DNA from: Pasteurella multocida
Lineage (GTDB): Bacteria > Pseudomonadota > Gammaproteobacteria > Enterobacterales > Pasteurellaceae
Reading direction: 5' to 3'
DNA length: 32,000 nucleotides
Assembly (NCBI RefSeq): GCF_900187275.1
Contig: NZ_LT906458.1
Span: 360,001-392,000 of the forward strand
This document shows, piece after piece, positions 20,278-29,968 of the stretch. Numbering within the stretch: position 1 is the first letter of the stretch; each line of letters starts with the position of its first letter. A program made the position numbers and the translations under genes. Under the pieces are notes generated by a model that made no database searches, was not told the origin of the DNA, and worked only from the letters and a program-made list of their open reading frames with translations.

Positions 20278-21330
20278 ATGAAAAAAACACTTATTGCATT
20301 AGCGATCAGCTCATTTGCAGTGACTTCTGTCAGTGCAGCAACCATTTTCGATAAAGAAGGAACCAAAGTGGATGTAAGCGGTTCTGTTCGTTTACTTTTA
20401 CAACGTGAAACCAATCATCGTACCGACTTAAAAGATAAAGGATCACGTGTGACCTTTGATGTCACTCATCAGTTAGGTGAGGGATTAAGTGCATTAGGAC
20501 AAGTTGAAGTGCGTTTTAGCGATAAAGGGATTGGTGATCAGACTAAAATTTCTCGTTTATTTGCTGGGTTTAATCACGAAGCAGTAGGTAAATTAACGTT
20601 CGGTAAACAGTTAACAATTGGTGATGATATCGGTTTATCGGATTACACGTACAACTTAGGTGGTGTCAATAAATTAGTCACCAGTGGTGAAAAAGTCATC
20701 CATTTCAAATCAGCAGATTTTGCAGGTTTCCGTTTTGGTGCAGACTATGTATTTGATGAAGATCCATCTAAAACAGAAGCAGCAAATAAAAAGAATATTA
20801 ATAACAACGCTTATGTGTTAGGCGTATTTTATAACCGAACTGTGGGTGATTTGGGTTTTGCTTTAGAAGCCGGATACAGCAGCAAAAAAATCGGTGATGC
20901 CATGCTATCTGTTAATCAGAAAGCTTGGACAGTAGGCGGTGAGTTAAGTTACCAAGATTTTGCAGTGGCAGTAGATTACTCCCAAGTTAAAAGCGGTGAC
21001 GTTAGTACGATTCTATGGCGTGGACAAAAACATCCGGGTCAACCTAATCAAGATGATAGTTTCCACAAAGTTCGCGAAGTCGAATTAGGTTTGAAATATC
21101 AATTTATTCCAGAGTCAAAAATCTATACGGACTTTATCTGGGGTAAAGCCGTGACAGCTTATGATCGCACAGTGAGATTACGTGCGTATATCGCGGGTGT
21201 GGACTATAAATTCCATAAAAATGTGGTCACTTATTTAGAAGGTGGCGTATTTAGATACAAACATGACAATGATTTAGATCCAACTTTGAGAGATAAAAAA
21301 TTGGGTGTAGGTTTACGCGTGTTCTTCTAA
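20278..21330 (+). CDS. OmpH-type porin (second, divergent copy)
   Basis: Signal peptide MKKTLIALAISSFAVTSVSA, mature ATIFDKEGTKVDVSGSVRLLLQRE, C-terminal GVGLRVFF. The likely start is the ATG at 20278 rather than 20257. Confidence 0.94.
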   Translation: MKKTLIALAISSFAVTSVSAATIFDKEGTKVDVSGSVRLLLQRETNHRTDLKDKGSRVTFDVTHQLGEGLSALGQVEVRFSDKGIGDQTKISRLFAGFNHEAVGKLTFGKQLTIGDDIGLSDYTYNLGGVNKLVTSGEKVIHFKSADFAGFRFGADYVFDEDPSKTEAANKKNINNNAYVLGVFYNRTVGDLGFALEAGYSSKKIGDAMLSVNQKAWTVGGELSYQDFAVAVDYSQVKSGDVSTILWRGQKHPGQPNQDDSFHKVREVELGLKYQFIPESKIYTDFIWGKAVTAYDRTVRLRAYIAGVDYKFHKNVVTYLEGGVFRYKHDNDLDPTLRDKKLGVGLRVFF

Positions 21331-21350
21331 TATGAAGTAATACCTAATAG

Positions 21351-21378
21351 AAAACCAGTGAATTTTCACTGGTTTTTT
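21351..21378 (+). terminator. Terminator after the second porin gene
   Basis: AAAACCAGTGAA / TTCACTGGTTTT inverted repeat followed by more Ts. Confidence 0.92.
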
Positions 21379-21433
21379 GTTGTGATAGGCGATGAAAATG
21401 TTGTTAAATCTCACCGCACTTTTGATTCGTTTT

Positions 21434-22375
21434 TTATTGAAATAGGTGGCGGTATTGCATCAGTTCTGCCTGAGTTAGCGCAAAGACACCGACACCCCCG
21501 TTTTTGAGTTCAACCCAATTAAAAGGCACATCAGGATATTGCTCAATTAAATGTACCATGCTATTACCCACTTCACAGACTAACACACCTTGCTCTGTTA
21601 AATAATCTGGCGCGGCATAGAGAATTTTTTTGGTAATTTCTAGACCATCGACGCCAGATCCTAATGCCATTTCTGGTTCATGATGAAATTCAGCTGGCAT
21701 ATCAGATAAGTCTTCCAGATCAACATAAGGTGGGTTTGCCACAATCAAATCATACTGATCTTTGGCTAAGTCATGAAATAAATCTGATTGGATAGGGTAA
21801 ACACGATCGAGCATATTGTGGCGCTCAATGTTAATTTGCGCGACATCAAGCGCATCAGAGGACAGATCGACGGCATCTACTTCTGCTTCAGGGAAACGTT
21901 CTGCACAAGCGATAGCAATACAACCACTGCCTGTACACATGTCTAAAATACGTTTAGGTTCCTGCGGTAATAGTGGTGAAAAACCTTCTTGAATGAGGGC
22001 GCTGATTGGTGAACGCGGCACAATGACGCGCTCATCTACGTAGAAATTTAAGCCACAGAACCATGCTTGATGGGTCAGATAAGCAACGGGGATACGTTTT
22101 TCTAAACGTTGAATAATCAGGCGTAATAATACCTCTTTTTCTGAGCGAGTCAGATGCGCTGCATAACATTCATTAGGAAAATCAATAGGCAAGGCTAAGG
22201 TTGTTAAAACAAGCTGTAAGGCTTCATCCCAGGCATTATTATAGCCATGACCATAATAAATATCGGAGCGGTTAAAGGTGCTGTAAGTCCAGCGGAGAAA
22301 ATCTTGAATAGAATGCAATTCTTGATGAACTTGATCAGCAATGATTGTTTCAATCAGCTCTTGATTATGTGTCAT
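21434..22375 (-). CDS. prmB: Ribosomal protein uL3 N5-glutamine methyltransferase
   Basis: [30 protein letters not shown] and the NPPYVD catalytic motif. The ORF track start at 22450 is probably too long; [11 protein letters not shown] starts at 22375. Confidence 0.94.
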   Translation of the reverse strand: MTHNQELIETIIADQVHQELHSIQDFLRWTYSTFNRSDIYYGHGYNNAWDEALQLVLTTLALPIDFPNECYAAHLTRSEKEVLLRLIIQRLEKRIPVAYLTHQAWFCGLNFYVDERVIVPRSPISALIQEGFSPLLPQEPKRILDMCTGSGCIAIACAERFPEAEVDAVDLSSDALDVAQINIERHNMLDRVYPIQSDLFHDLAKDQYDLIVANPPYVDLEDLSDMPAEFHHEPEMALGSGVDGLEITKKILYAAPDYLTEQGVLVCEVGNSMVHLIEQYPDVPFNWVELKNGGVGVFALTQAELMQYRHLFQ

Positions 22376-22464
22376 AACGTACCTTTTATCATAAGAGAAA
22401 ACTGGCGTAGTTATATCATATTCCGCCAAATTTTGGAAATCATGTATCATAAAGATATGTTATT

Positions 22465-23004
22465 ATGAATCTATTTGAATATGGAGAGCAAAAGAATATG
22501 TTAGAGCCGGATGATATTGCGTTATTCCGCGGTGCAGTCAAAGGGGTGAAAGCGCTTAAGCAGGATAAGTTTATTGCCCCTCGTCAGAAAATGTCTAAAA
22601 AGAAATCAACATTAAGAGATATTCGCGAAAAAGAGGATACCCTCTTTTACTTCTCGGATGAATATGAGCCATTGTTAAATGAAGAAAGTGCGGTGAGATA
22701 TTTACGTGAAGGCGAAGATTCTCATATTTTAAAGCAATTACGGCGCGGTGATTTTTCGCCAGAACTTTTTTTGGATCTTCATGGGCTGACTAAAGAACAA
22801 GCGAAAATAGAACTCGCCAGTTTATTACAAGCCTGCGAAAATGAACATGTGTATTGCGCGAGTGTGATGACCGGTTATGGTTCGTATATTTTAAAGCGCC
22901 AAATTCCACGTTGGTTAGTACAACATCCTAAAGTACGCGCCTTACATCAAGCCCCAAAAGCATGGGGCGGTGATGCAGCTATTTTAATTTTGTTTGAGGT
23001 TTAA
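22465..23004 (+). CDS. smrB: Smr-domain endonuclease (SmrB/YfcN family)
   Basis: LDLHGLTKEQAKIEL and VMTGYGSYILKRQIPRWL Smr-domain motifs. Divergent from prmB, as in related genomes. Confidence 0.9.
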   Translation: MNLFEYGEQKNMLEPDDIALFRGAVKGVKALKQDKFIAPRQKMSKKKSTLRDIREKEDTLFYFSDEYEPLLNEESAVRYLREGEDSHILKQLRRGDFSPELFLDLHGLTKEQAKIELASLLQACENEHVYCASVMTGYGSYILKRQIPRWLVQHPKVRALHQAPKAWGGDAAILILFEV

Positions 23005-25137
23005 GTTGATTTGTTGAAACGTATGGTAAAGTGAAGGCAAGATCTGACTAATCATATTCAATTGCTGAATCGGCACGCTAAACTGCGGTTGAAATAGATG
23101 ACCGGCTTGCTCAGTGTTCGCGTGCTTTAAATCATTCTCAATCCTTTCTTGCATTTTTTGGAACACCTCGGGTCTGAGTTTTTCAATATGCTCCAATACA
23201 TAAATAATTTTCTTGGCAATTGGATAAAAACCTGCCAGAAATTCGGTATTTTGTTGTAATGCCTTCATATTACTACGATAAGCGCCTAATGCGGAAATAT
23301 AGCTCAATAAAGAATAATTAATCTTCAGTAACTCAAAACCTTTTTGCAAATGTGCTTGGTATTTGTTTGGTTCATTATTCATATTTGAAATGGTGGTACT
23401 CAGGGCGGTGGCATTTTCATGGGCGTGGCGACGTACAATACGGTATTTCAGGTTATCTCCTTTACCAAATTGCAGTTGGCTAATCACATAAAGTAAGTAT
23501 TTGGCATTGCTTTTTACCGCTTGACGGCTGACTTTATCGAGTTGTAAGTAACGCCAATCTGGCCATAAATAAGACACAGCAAACCAAGCAATAAAAGCGC
23601 CAATGAACGTATCTATTACCCTTGAATACATCGCTTCATGAATATCAAAACCCATTACATCAAAGCTGATGAGTACTTGTAATGTGATAAAGAAAGTCGA
23701 GAAACTGTAGTTATTCGTTCTAAAAAAGAAAAATAAGGTGCTGGTTGCCACAATCAAACCAAGTTGCAATTCCAGTGTTGGATTAATATAAGGTAGTAAG
23801 GAACCGATAATGACGCCTAGAATTGTCCCAATAATACGTTGACGAAGGCGCAGTTTAGTGGCGGAATAATTGGGCTGACAGACAAAAACGGAGGTTAATA
23901 AAATCCAATAACCTCGCTCTAATTGAAAAAATTCAACAATAGAACAAGCGGTAAAAACGACGATAGATAAGCGCACAGCATGTCGAAACAGTTGAGAATT
24001 AAAATGGCAGTGACTTTTCATTGCATACAGGATATTACGTAAACCACGAACTTGTTCTGTATGAATTTTAGCGGTAGATGCACGTTCAGCTTGGTGTGTT
24101 TCTTGATCGAGATGACTAAGTTGCCATTCAACAGCTTGCAGGTTTTCAATCAAGGTCTTAAGATTTAGCACCACGTGTTCATTTTCTAGATGGCTTTTTG
24201 CATACAATTCAAAAGATTGATTTAGCCCTACAATCGCTTTTTCGACTTTATTATTGTAATGGTACTCTTTATTTTGCTGTAAACTTAAACCGATTTCGCG
24301 ACAGGCTTGGGCTTGTAATTCGAATAAGCGTTGAATACGAAAAATGAGATCCGTGTTTTTGAGCTGTTCCGCCATAGTATGATAATTAAATAGACTAGAG
24401 TTCGCGCGCTCATGAATGTCTTGTGCCGCAAAATAATAACGGATCATTTTTTGTGTGCGGCTATGGCGGTTTTGACCTCGAATACGATAGAACAGGGCAA
24501 TTCTGGTGGCATTAAATGCCTCAATAAGCGCACTGTCTTTCATGGCTAAATTCACTTCTTTATTCGCCAGTTGTTCAATTTCATCGGGATCAAAAAATTG
24601 TGATTTCGCGTCAAGATAGTGTCCCAAGGCTAAGAAGGATTTCGCGATACTTTCTTGTACTGGACGGTTAGGAAAAAACAAATGCACAACTAAAGTGATC
24701 ATGCTGTAAAGCAATGTCCCACATAAAATCATAATGGGGTTGATAAACCAAATAGTTTCTGGCAAGTAAGAAAGCGTTGTGTAAAGGGCGATAACTAAAG
24801 TGCCAAAGGCAATGGTGCTATAGCGTTGTCCTATTGCACCGACCATGGTAAACATAAACGTCATGGCCGTCATCAACAGCGTAAATTGAAAGCCATGACC
24901 AATGCTAATTTGCACCACTAGTGAGGAAATAGAGAAGGCAAGTAAGGTATAAAAGATATTTTTTAATCGCCCAGTTAAACGATTATCTAAGTCTACTAAT
25001 CCGCCAGCAATAATGCCTAAAATAAGCGGCATGCTTTGTTCGGAGATATCCAGAAGCCAAATAGCGAAAGCCGCAATATTTATCGCAATAAAAATGGGGA
25101 TTGTTGCGATAATTTTTGCATTAAACCAATTATTCAT
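22984..25137 (-). CDS. yccS: YccS-family inner-membrane protein
   Basis: 717 aa with N- and C-terminal TM blocks (FUSC-like), e.g. RGYWILLTSVFVCQPNYSATKLRLRQRIIGTILG. Confidence 0.9.
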   Translation of the reverse strand: MNNWFNAKIIATIPIFIAINIAAFAIWLLDISEQSMPLILGIIAGGLVDLDNRLTGRLKNIFYTLLAFSISSLVVQISIGHGFQFTLLMTAMTFMFTMVGAIGQRYSTIAFGTLVIALYTTLSYLPETIWFINPIMILCGTLLYSMITLVVHLFFPNRPVQESIAKSFLALGHYLDAKSQFFDPDEIEQLANKEVNLAMKDSALIEAFNATRIALFYRIRGQNRHSRTQKMIRYYFAAQDIHERANSSLFNYHTMAEQLKNTDLIFRIQRLFELQAQACREIGLSLQQNKEYHYNNKVEKAIVGLNQSFELYAKSHLENEHVVLNLKTLIENLQAVEWQLSHLDQETHQAERASTAKIHTEQVRGLRNILYAMKSHCHFNSQLFRHAVRLSIVVFTACSIVEFFQLERGYWILLTSVFVCQPNYSATKLRLRQRIIGTILGVIIGSLLPYINPTLELQLGLIVATSTLFFFFRTNNYSFSTFFITLQVLISFDVMGFDIHEAMYSRVIDTFIGAFIAWFAVSYLWPDWRYLQLDKVSRQAVKSNAKYLLYVISQLQFGKGDNLKYRIVRRHAHENATALSTTISNMNNEPNKYQAHLQKGFELLKINYSLLSYISALGAYRSNMKALQQNTEFLAGFYPIAKKIIYVLEHIEKLRPEVFQKMQERIENDLKHANTEQAGHLFQPQFSVPIQQLNMISQILPSLYHTFQQINLNLKQN

Positions 25138-25170
25138 GCGTGTTCTTCTCTCATTCCTTGAGTCCTTTAT

Positions 25171-25623
25171 TTAGTGATGACGGCGCTGATAATATTGTTG
25201 TGCTGCTTGTTGTCTTGCGATTTCAGCCACTTCTTTGGGGACAACGCGTTGACCAACAGGCAACAGTGCAATGCCCGCTAATTTAAAATTAGCAAGTCCG
25301 ACTGGAATGCCTATGATGGTTAAACATTGTGCAATGCCGGAAAAAATATGGCATAAGCAGAGCCACCAACCAAACAAGATAAACCAGAGTACATTCAGTA
25401 CCGTGCCTAAGGAATTGCTAATAACATGCGTTGGTTCAAGGTATTTCACATGAATAATGTCATTACCAAATGGCATGAGGGACATTTTGCTAATTTCCCA
25501 ACAACTACGTGTATAAGGTAAGGTGACAATTAAGAGCGCGCTAACCAGCGTTGCGAGCAACCAACCTAAAGTGGTGGCAAAACCACCTAGCACAAAATTC
25601 AGGATATTTAAGATTAATGCCAT
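25171..25623 (-). CDS. yccF: YccF-family inner-membrane protein
   Basis: LNILNFVLGGFATTLGWLLATLVSALLIVTLPYTRSCWE and LTIIGIPVGLANFKLAGIALLPVG. Confidence 0.9.
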   Translation of the reverse strand: MALILNILNFVLGGFATTLGWLLATLVSALLIVTLPYTRSCWEISKMSLMPFGNDIIHVKYLEPTHVISNSLGTVLNVLWFILFGWWLCLCHIFSGIAQCLTIIGIPVGLANFKLAGIALLPVGQRVVPKEVAEIARQQAAQQYYQRRHH

Positions 25624-25663
25624 CGTTTATTTATTCTCCATACATGATCAAAACGTGAAGATA

Positions 25664-25698
25664 AAAAATAGCTCAATATTAAGAGATCAATATTGAGC
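25664..25698 (-). terminator. Terminator downstream of mgsA
   Basis: GCTCAATATT (25671-25680) / AATATTGAGC (25689-25698) perfect 10-bp repeat; on the minus strand it is followed by TATTTTTTAT. Confidence 0.85.
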
Positions 25699-25750
25699 AC
25701 CATTATAATGTGATTTCTGCATTTTTGACAAAAATAACCGACAACTGATG

Positions 25751-26209
25751 TTATTTTAAACGTTCTTTCAAATAGCCGTCATAATCAGGAATTCGTACTT
25801 GGGTTTCTTGAGCAAAGCTAGGTGATGTAATGAGAAAATCTGCTGTTGCCATATTCATTGCGACGGGAATATTCCACACCGTTGCGATTCGCATTAATGC
25901 TTTGACGTCAGGATCATGGGGGACTGCATTCATCGGATCCCAAAAGAAAATCAATACATCAATTTGTTTTTCTGCAATTAAGCCGCCCAATTGTTGATCG
26001 CCGCCCATTGGACCACTGAGTAAACTTTTAATCGGCAAATTTGCTTCTTTTTGAATGAGGTTGCCAGTTGTTCCTGTCGCATAAAGGGTATGTTGTGCTA
26101 ATAAAGTGCGGTGAGTTTTACACCAATTTATCAAATCTTGTTTACAGTGGTCATGTGCAACCAGTGCAATATGTTTATTAACAGACAAGGTACGTGCGGT
26201 ACTCTGCAT
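25751..26209 (-). CDS. mgsA: Methylglyoxal synthase
   Basis: [66 protein letters not shown]. Confidence 0.97.
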   Translation of the reverse strand: MQSTARTLSVNKHIALVAHDHCKQDLINWCKTHRTLLAQHTLYATGTTGNLIQKEANLPIKSLLSGPMGGDQQLGGLIAEKQIDVLIFFWDPMNAVPHDPDVKALMRIATVWNIPVAMNMATADFLITSPSFAQETQVRIPDYDGYLKERLK

Positions 26210-26230
26210 GATATCTCCTTAAACATGCTA

Positions 26231-26258
26231 AAGAAAAAGTGAGCAAAATGCTCACTTT
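26231..26258 (-). terminator. Terminator downstream of the DUF2057 gene
   Basis: AAAGTGAGCA-aaa-TGCTCACTTT; on the minus strand it runs into TTTTTC. Confidence 0.85.
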
Positions 26259-26267
26259 ATGTTGTGT

Positions 26268-26924
26268 TTATTTTTGACCTTTGGCCCAACTTAAGAAACG
26301 TTGCTGTGTTTCTTTATCTGCTTGCTGATACCAGTATTGCAACATTTGTTCGGCTACATTTTCACCTTGAACAGTAATTTTTCCTTTTTGTGCTTTACCA
26401 AATCCAGGCATTGCAACAGGCATTGTAGTACTGGCTAAACGCGCCACTGCCGCTGGCGCACCAGAGGCATTATATTCAGATAGATTTTCAATTAGATTAA
26501 TGCCCGGTAAGAAACCTTCTTGTTTCAGATATTCTTGTTTTGTCGCAATTTCTACGCCTGAGACGGTTTTAACAGTGATCTTAGGCGATTTTTTAAAAGC
26601 GTTTGCATCTCTTTCAGTTTCTAAGCGAGGAGCGGAAATAATGATGTCATCTGTTGTACCTTGGAAAGTGACGACAATAGGGTCTGATTCATAAAGTGAG
26701 CGGTCAGAGCCTGTACGGATAATTTCAGCCACACGAACAACCACTTGGTGAGGAAGAGTATCACTTACATTAAAAGAGCGTTTTTCTTTTAAAAGTGATT
26801 TACTTGGCTTTTGTCCATCAATGGCAAGAAAATCAATGTTTGATGAACTTGTCACAACACCTGCAACGCTTACAGTGCTTGTTAATAGAGCGACGCTAGC
26901 TAATGCAGCGAAACGAAATTTCAT
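26268..26924 (-). CDS. DUF2057/YccT-family secreted protein
   Basis: Signal peptide MKFRFAALASVALLTSTVSVAG. Overall pattern and yccF/mgsA neighbourhood resemble YccT. Confidence 0.8.
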   Translation of the reverse strand: MKFRFAALASVALLTSTVSVAGVVTSSSNIDFLAIDGQKPSKSLLKEKRSFNVSDTLPHQVVVRVAEIIRTGSDRSLYESDPIVVTFQGTTDDIIISAPRLETERDANAFKKSPKITVKTVSGVEIATKQEYLKQEGFLPGINLIENLSEYNASGAPAAVARLASTTMPVAMPGFGKAQKGKITVQGENVAEQMLQYWYQQADKETQQRFLSWAKGQK

Positions 26925-27099
26925 ATTTGCTCCTGTCTTGGTAAAGGAAATAAGTTTGGAACGAAAACACTTTATTCATGAAAGTGCTAGGTTGTATGCT
27001 ATGCTAAATTCAGTTAAATGGAAATAGAAAAGTTTATTTTAATTGAAAAAAATGTGATGAGCTTAAAACTTTTCAGTGGAAGGGATGGGAGGTAAGAAT

Positions 27100-27372
27100 A
27101 TGTTGAAAAAACAGTTTATTGTTTATGGTTTAGTACAAGGCGTGGGATTTCGTTATTTTACCTGGAAAACCGCCATGCAAATAGGGGTTAAAGGCTATGT
27201 GCGTAATCGTGATGATGGTAGTGTTGAGGTCGTCGCTGTTGGTTCTACGACACAATTAACGCAATTACATACATGGTTAACACAAGGACCGAGAACGGCA
27301 TCGGTTGAACAAGTGATTGAACAAGAGTATGCCGATTCTCGAGAATTTACTGATTTTTCTGTGCGATATTAG
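27100..27372 (+). CDS. yccX: Acylphosphatase
   Basis: VYGLVQGVGFRYFTWKTAMQIGVKGYVRNRDDGSVEVVAVG. The start at 27100 has an upstream GGGAGG, making it better than 27076. Confidence 0.93.
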   Translation: MLKKQFIVYGLVQGVGFRYFTWKTAMQIGVKGYVRNRDDGSVEVVAVGSTTQLTQLHTWLTQGPRTASVEQVIEQEYADSREFTDFSVRY

Positions 27373-27373
27373 C

Positions 27374-28213
27374 TTAAATTGGCTTTTGTATGTGCCATTT
27401 TACTTTTTGATATCCTAATGCGAGCGTAAAGAACATGGCTTGTAATAAAATAATGCAAGGTCCTGTTGCTGCGTCAATATGATAACTAATAATTGTCCCA
27501 AAAATACTGGTGATGACAGACATACAAATTGCAATGAGGAGCATGATGTCGAAACGCTTACTTAATAAAAAAGCAGTGATACCCGGTGAAATTAACATAG
27601 CAACCACTAAAATCACCCCGACCACTTGCATCGCCATGATAATGGTTAAGGCAAGTAAGACCAGTAAGCCATAGTGTAATAGCCGAGGTGAAAGCCCTGC
27701 GACGCGGGTATGACTTTGATCAAAGCAATAAAGCAAGAAGTCACGACGTTTAAGCATCATGATGACAAAAATGATTGTTGCAATAATAAAAGTTTGCACT
27801 AACTCAGCACGACTAACACCCAACAGATTACCAAATAAAATGTGGGTAAGGTGCTGTTCTGTTTCGACTTTCGTAAACAAAACGATACCAAAGGCAAACA
27901 TCCCAGAAAAAACAATCCCCATTACGGTATCTTCTTTAATACGGCTATTTTCTTTCAGATAACCGACGCTTAATGCACAAAATAAGCCTGCACCAAATGC
28001 GCCAAAAGTGAGTGGTAAACCAAGCATAAATGCAATGACAATTCCCGGCAAGACAGCATGTGAAATTGCATCGCCCATTAATGACCAACCTTTTAAGACT
28101 AAATAGCAGGAAAGCACCGCACATATAATCGCAACGATCAGTGCGGTGAAGAGGGCATTTTGCATAAAAGGATACAAGAAAGGTTCAACAAACCAATTGA
28201 TGATATCAGCCAT
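27374..28213 (-). CDS. yfeD: Metal (Mn/Fe) ABC transporter permease, YfeD/SitD-like
   Basis: ABC-3 permease motifs VLKGWSLMGDAISHAVLPGIVIAF and VVGVILVVAMLISPGITAFLL. The start at 28213 (MADIINWFVEPF) has a GGAGG RBS, so the track start at 28270 is too long. Confidence 0.93.
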   Translation of the reverse strand: MADIINWFVEPFLYPFMQNALFTALIVAIICAVLSCYLVLKGWSLMGDAISHAVLPGIVIAFMLGLPLTFGAFGAGLFCALSVGYLKENSRIKEDTVMGIVFSGMFAFGIVLFTKVETEQHLTHILFGNLLGVSRAELVQTFIIATIIFVIMMLKRRDFLLYCFDQSHTRVAGLSPRLLHYGLLVLLALTIIMAMQVVGVILVVAMLISPGITAFLLSKRFDIMLLIAICMSVITSIFGTIISYHIDAATGPCIILLQAMFFTLALGYQKVKWHIQKPI

Positions 28214-29075
28214 GGTTTGCCTCCTGATTTTTCCCATTTTGTACCGCACTTTGCCGGCGTAAGACACCATATTTCGGTGAAAAACAAAAGGCGAGCAAGA
28301 AAATTGCAGTTTGCAGACACACGATTAAACCGCCTGTTGCTCCATCTAGATAATAACTTAGATAAACCCCAACGATGCTAGTTGTTGTTCCTAATATTAC
28401 TGCAATCGTCGCTAATTTTCCAAATCGGTCAGTTAGCAAATAAGCGGTTGCTCCGGGGGTAATCACCATAGCAATCACTAAAATGGCGCCGACAGTTTGT
28501 AACGCAGCCACGACGCAAGCACTGAGTAAAGTGAAAAACAGTACTTTATAGCGCAAGGGGGAAAGCCCAACAGAAGTCGCATGGGTTTCATCAAAAAACA
28601 CTAAGAGGAGATCTTTCCAAAATAACAGCAGTAAACTTAATGTAATGACAATAATGATGGCGACTTGCGTTACGTCTTCATCTGCAATGCCTAAAATGTT
28701 GCCCAAGATGATATCTTGCACATTAACTGATGTTGGGTTAAGCGAGATAATCAATAACCCTAAGGCAAAGAATGTGGTAAAGATAAAACCAATTACCGCA
28801 TCTTCACGTAATTTAGTAATTGATTTGATCCACAAAATCGAAAGTGCGGCTAAAATACCAGAAAAAAAGGCACCAAGTGCGTAAGGTAAGGAAAGGGCAT
28901 AGGCAATGGCAACACCGGGGACGACAGAGTGAGAGAGGGCATCACCAATTAAAGACCAGCCTTTTAGCATTAAATAAGAAGACATAAAAGCACAAATTCC
29001 GCCTACTGCTGCGGAAAGAAGAATTGCCTTTACCATATAATTATATTGGAAAGGTTCAAGCAATAAATCCCACAT
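28206..29075 (-). CDS. yfeC: Metal (Mn/Fe) ABC transporter permease, YfeC/SitC-like
   Basis: LKGWSLIGDALSHSVVPGVAIAYALSLPYALGAFFSG, paralogous to the adjacent permease. Confidence 0.93.
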   Translation of the reverse strand: MWDLLLEPFQYNYMVKAILLSAAVGGICAFMSSYLMLKGWSLIGDALSHSVVPGVAIAYALSLPYALGAFFSGILAALSILWIKSITKLREDAVIGFIFTTFFALGLLIISLNPTSVNVQDIILGNILGIADEDVTQVAIIIVITLSLLLLFWKDLLLVFFDETHATSVGLSPLRYKVLFFTLLSACVVAALQTVGAILVIAMVITPGATAYLLTDRFGKLATIAVILGTTTSIVGVYLSYYLDGATGGLIVCLQTAIFLLAFCFSPKYGVLRRQSAVQNGKNQEANHG

Positions 29076-29968
29076 TATTGTTCGCCTTTTCGTTGAGGGT
29101 GTTTAGTAATAGGTGCGGGCGGATCATTTTTCGTTTCACCATAGAAGACAGCAGGAAGTTCATCATCACTTAATACGGTAACGGAGCGGCTATCCTCATC
29201 ATCGTGGATATCTTTTCCAAGTAATTTAATATGACGTAACACCCCACCGAAGACTAATTCGAGATTTCGTTGTGTAAAGGTTGTTTCCGTTTTACCTGCC
29301 GCTAATACAGTGCGGTTAATCATCACCACTTGATCACAGAAATCAGGTACAGTACCTAAGTTATGGGTAGAAATTAAAATTAAATGCCCTTCACTTCGTA
29401 GTTGATCCAACAATGCCATAATCGCATTTTCCGTTTTTACATCAACGCCAGTGAAGGGTTCATCTAACAGAATAATTTTACTTTGTTGGGCAAGGGCACG
29501 TGCTAAGAACACCCGTTTTTTTTGACCACCAGATAACTCACCAATTTGGCGATCAGCAAGATGTTCAATATTGACGCGTTGCATAGCTTCTTTTACTTTT
29601 TGTTTGTCAATCGCTTTTGGCATACGTAAAAAGTTCATATAACCATAGCGTCCCATCATCACAACATCATAGACGGAAACGGGAAACTGCCAGTCAACAT
29701 CTTCTGATTGAGGCACATAAGCAACGAGATTTTGTTTCAACGCCGCTGAAATTGGCAAGCCACAAAGTTTAATTTCGCCTTTTTGTGGCTTAACCAATCC
29801 CATCAGGCTTTTGAAAATGGTGGATTTTCCACTGCCATTCACACCTACCAAAGCACAAGTTGTACCGCCTTCTAAGTTAAAGGTCGTATCATAAATTGCA
29901 AGGTGTCCATTGTTATAACGAACAGTGACATCATTGACTGAAATGGATGCAATGGTAGGAGAGGGCAT
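29075..29968 (-). CDS. yfeB: Metal (Mn/Fe) ABC transporter ATP-binding protein, YfeB/SitB-like
   Basis: Walker A GVNGSGKS, signature [15 protein letters not shown], Walker [13 protein letters not shown]. Confidence 0.94.
   Translation of the reverse strand: MPSPTIASISVNDVTVRYNNGHLAIYDTTFNLEGGTTCALVGVNGSGKSTIFKSLMGLVKPQKGEIKLCGLPISAALKQNLVAYVPQSEDVDWQFPVSVYDVVMMGRYGYMNFLRMPKAIDKQKVKEAMQRVNIEHLADRQIGELSGGQKKRVFLARALAQQSKIILLDEPFTGVDVKTENAIMALLDQLRSEGHLILISTHNLGTVPDFCDQVVMINRTVLAAGKTETTFTQRNLELVFGGVLRHIKLLGKDIHDDEDSRSVTVLSDDELPAVFYGETKNDPPAPITKHPQRKGEQ

Noticed and set aside
28214-28270. N-terminal extension of YfeD giving a 65-nt overlap with YfeC
   Set aside because: The start at 28213 has a strong AGGAGG site and normal N-terminus, reducing the true overlap to 8 nt.
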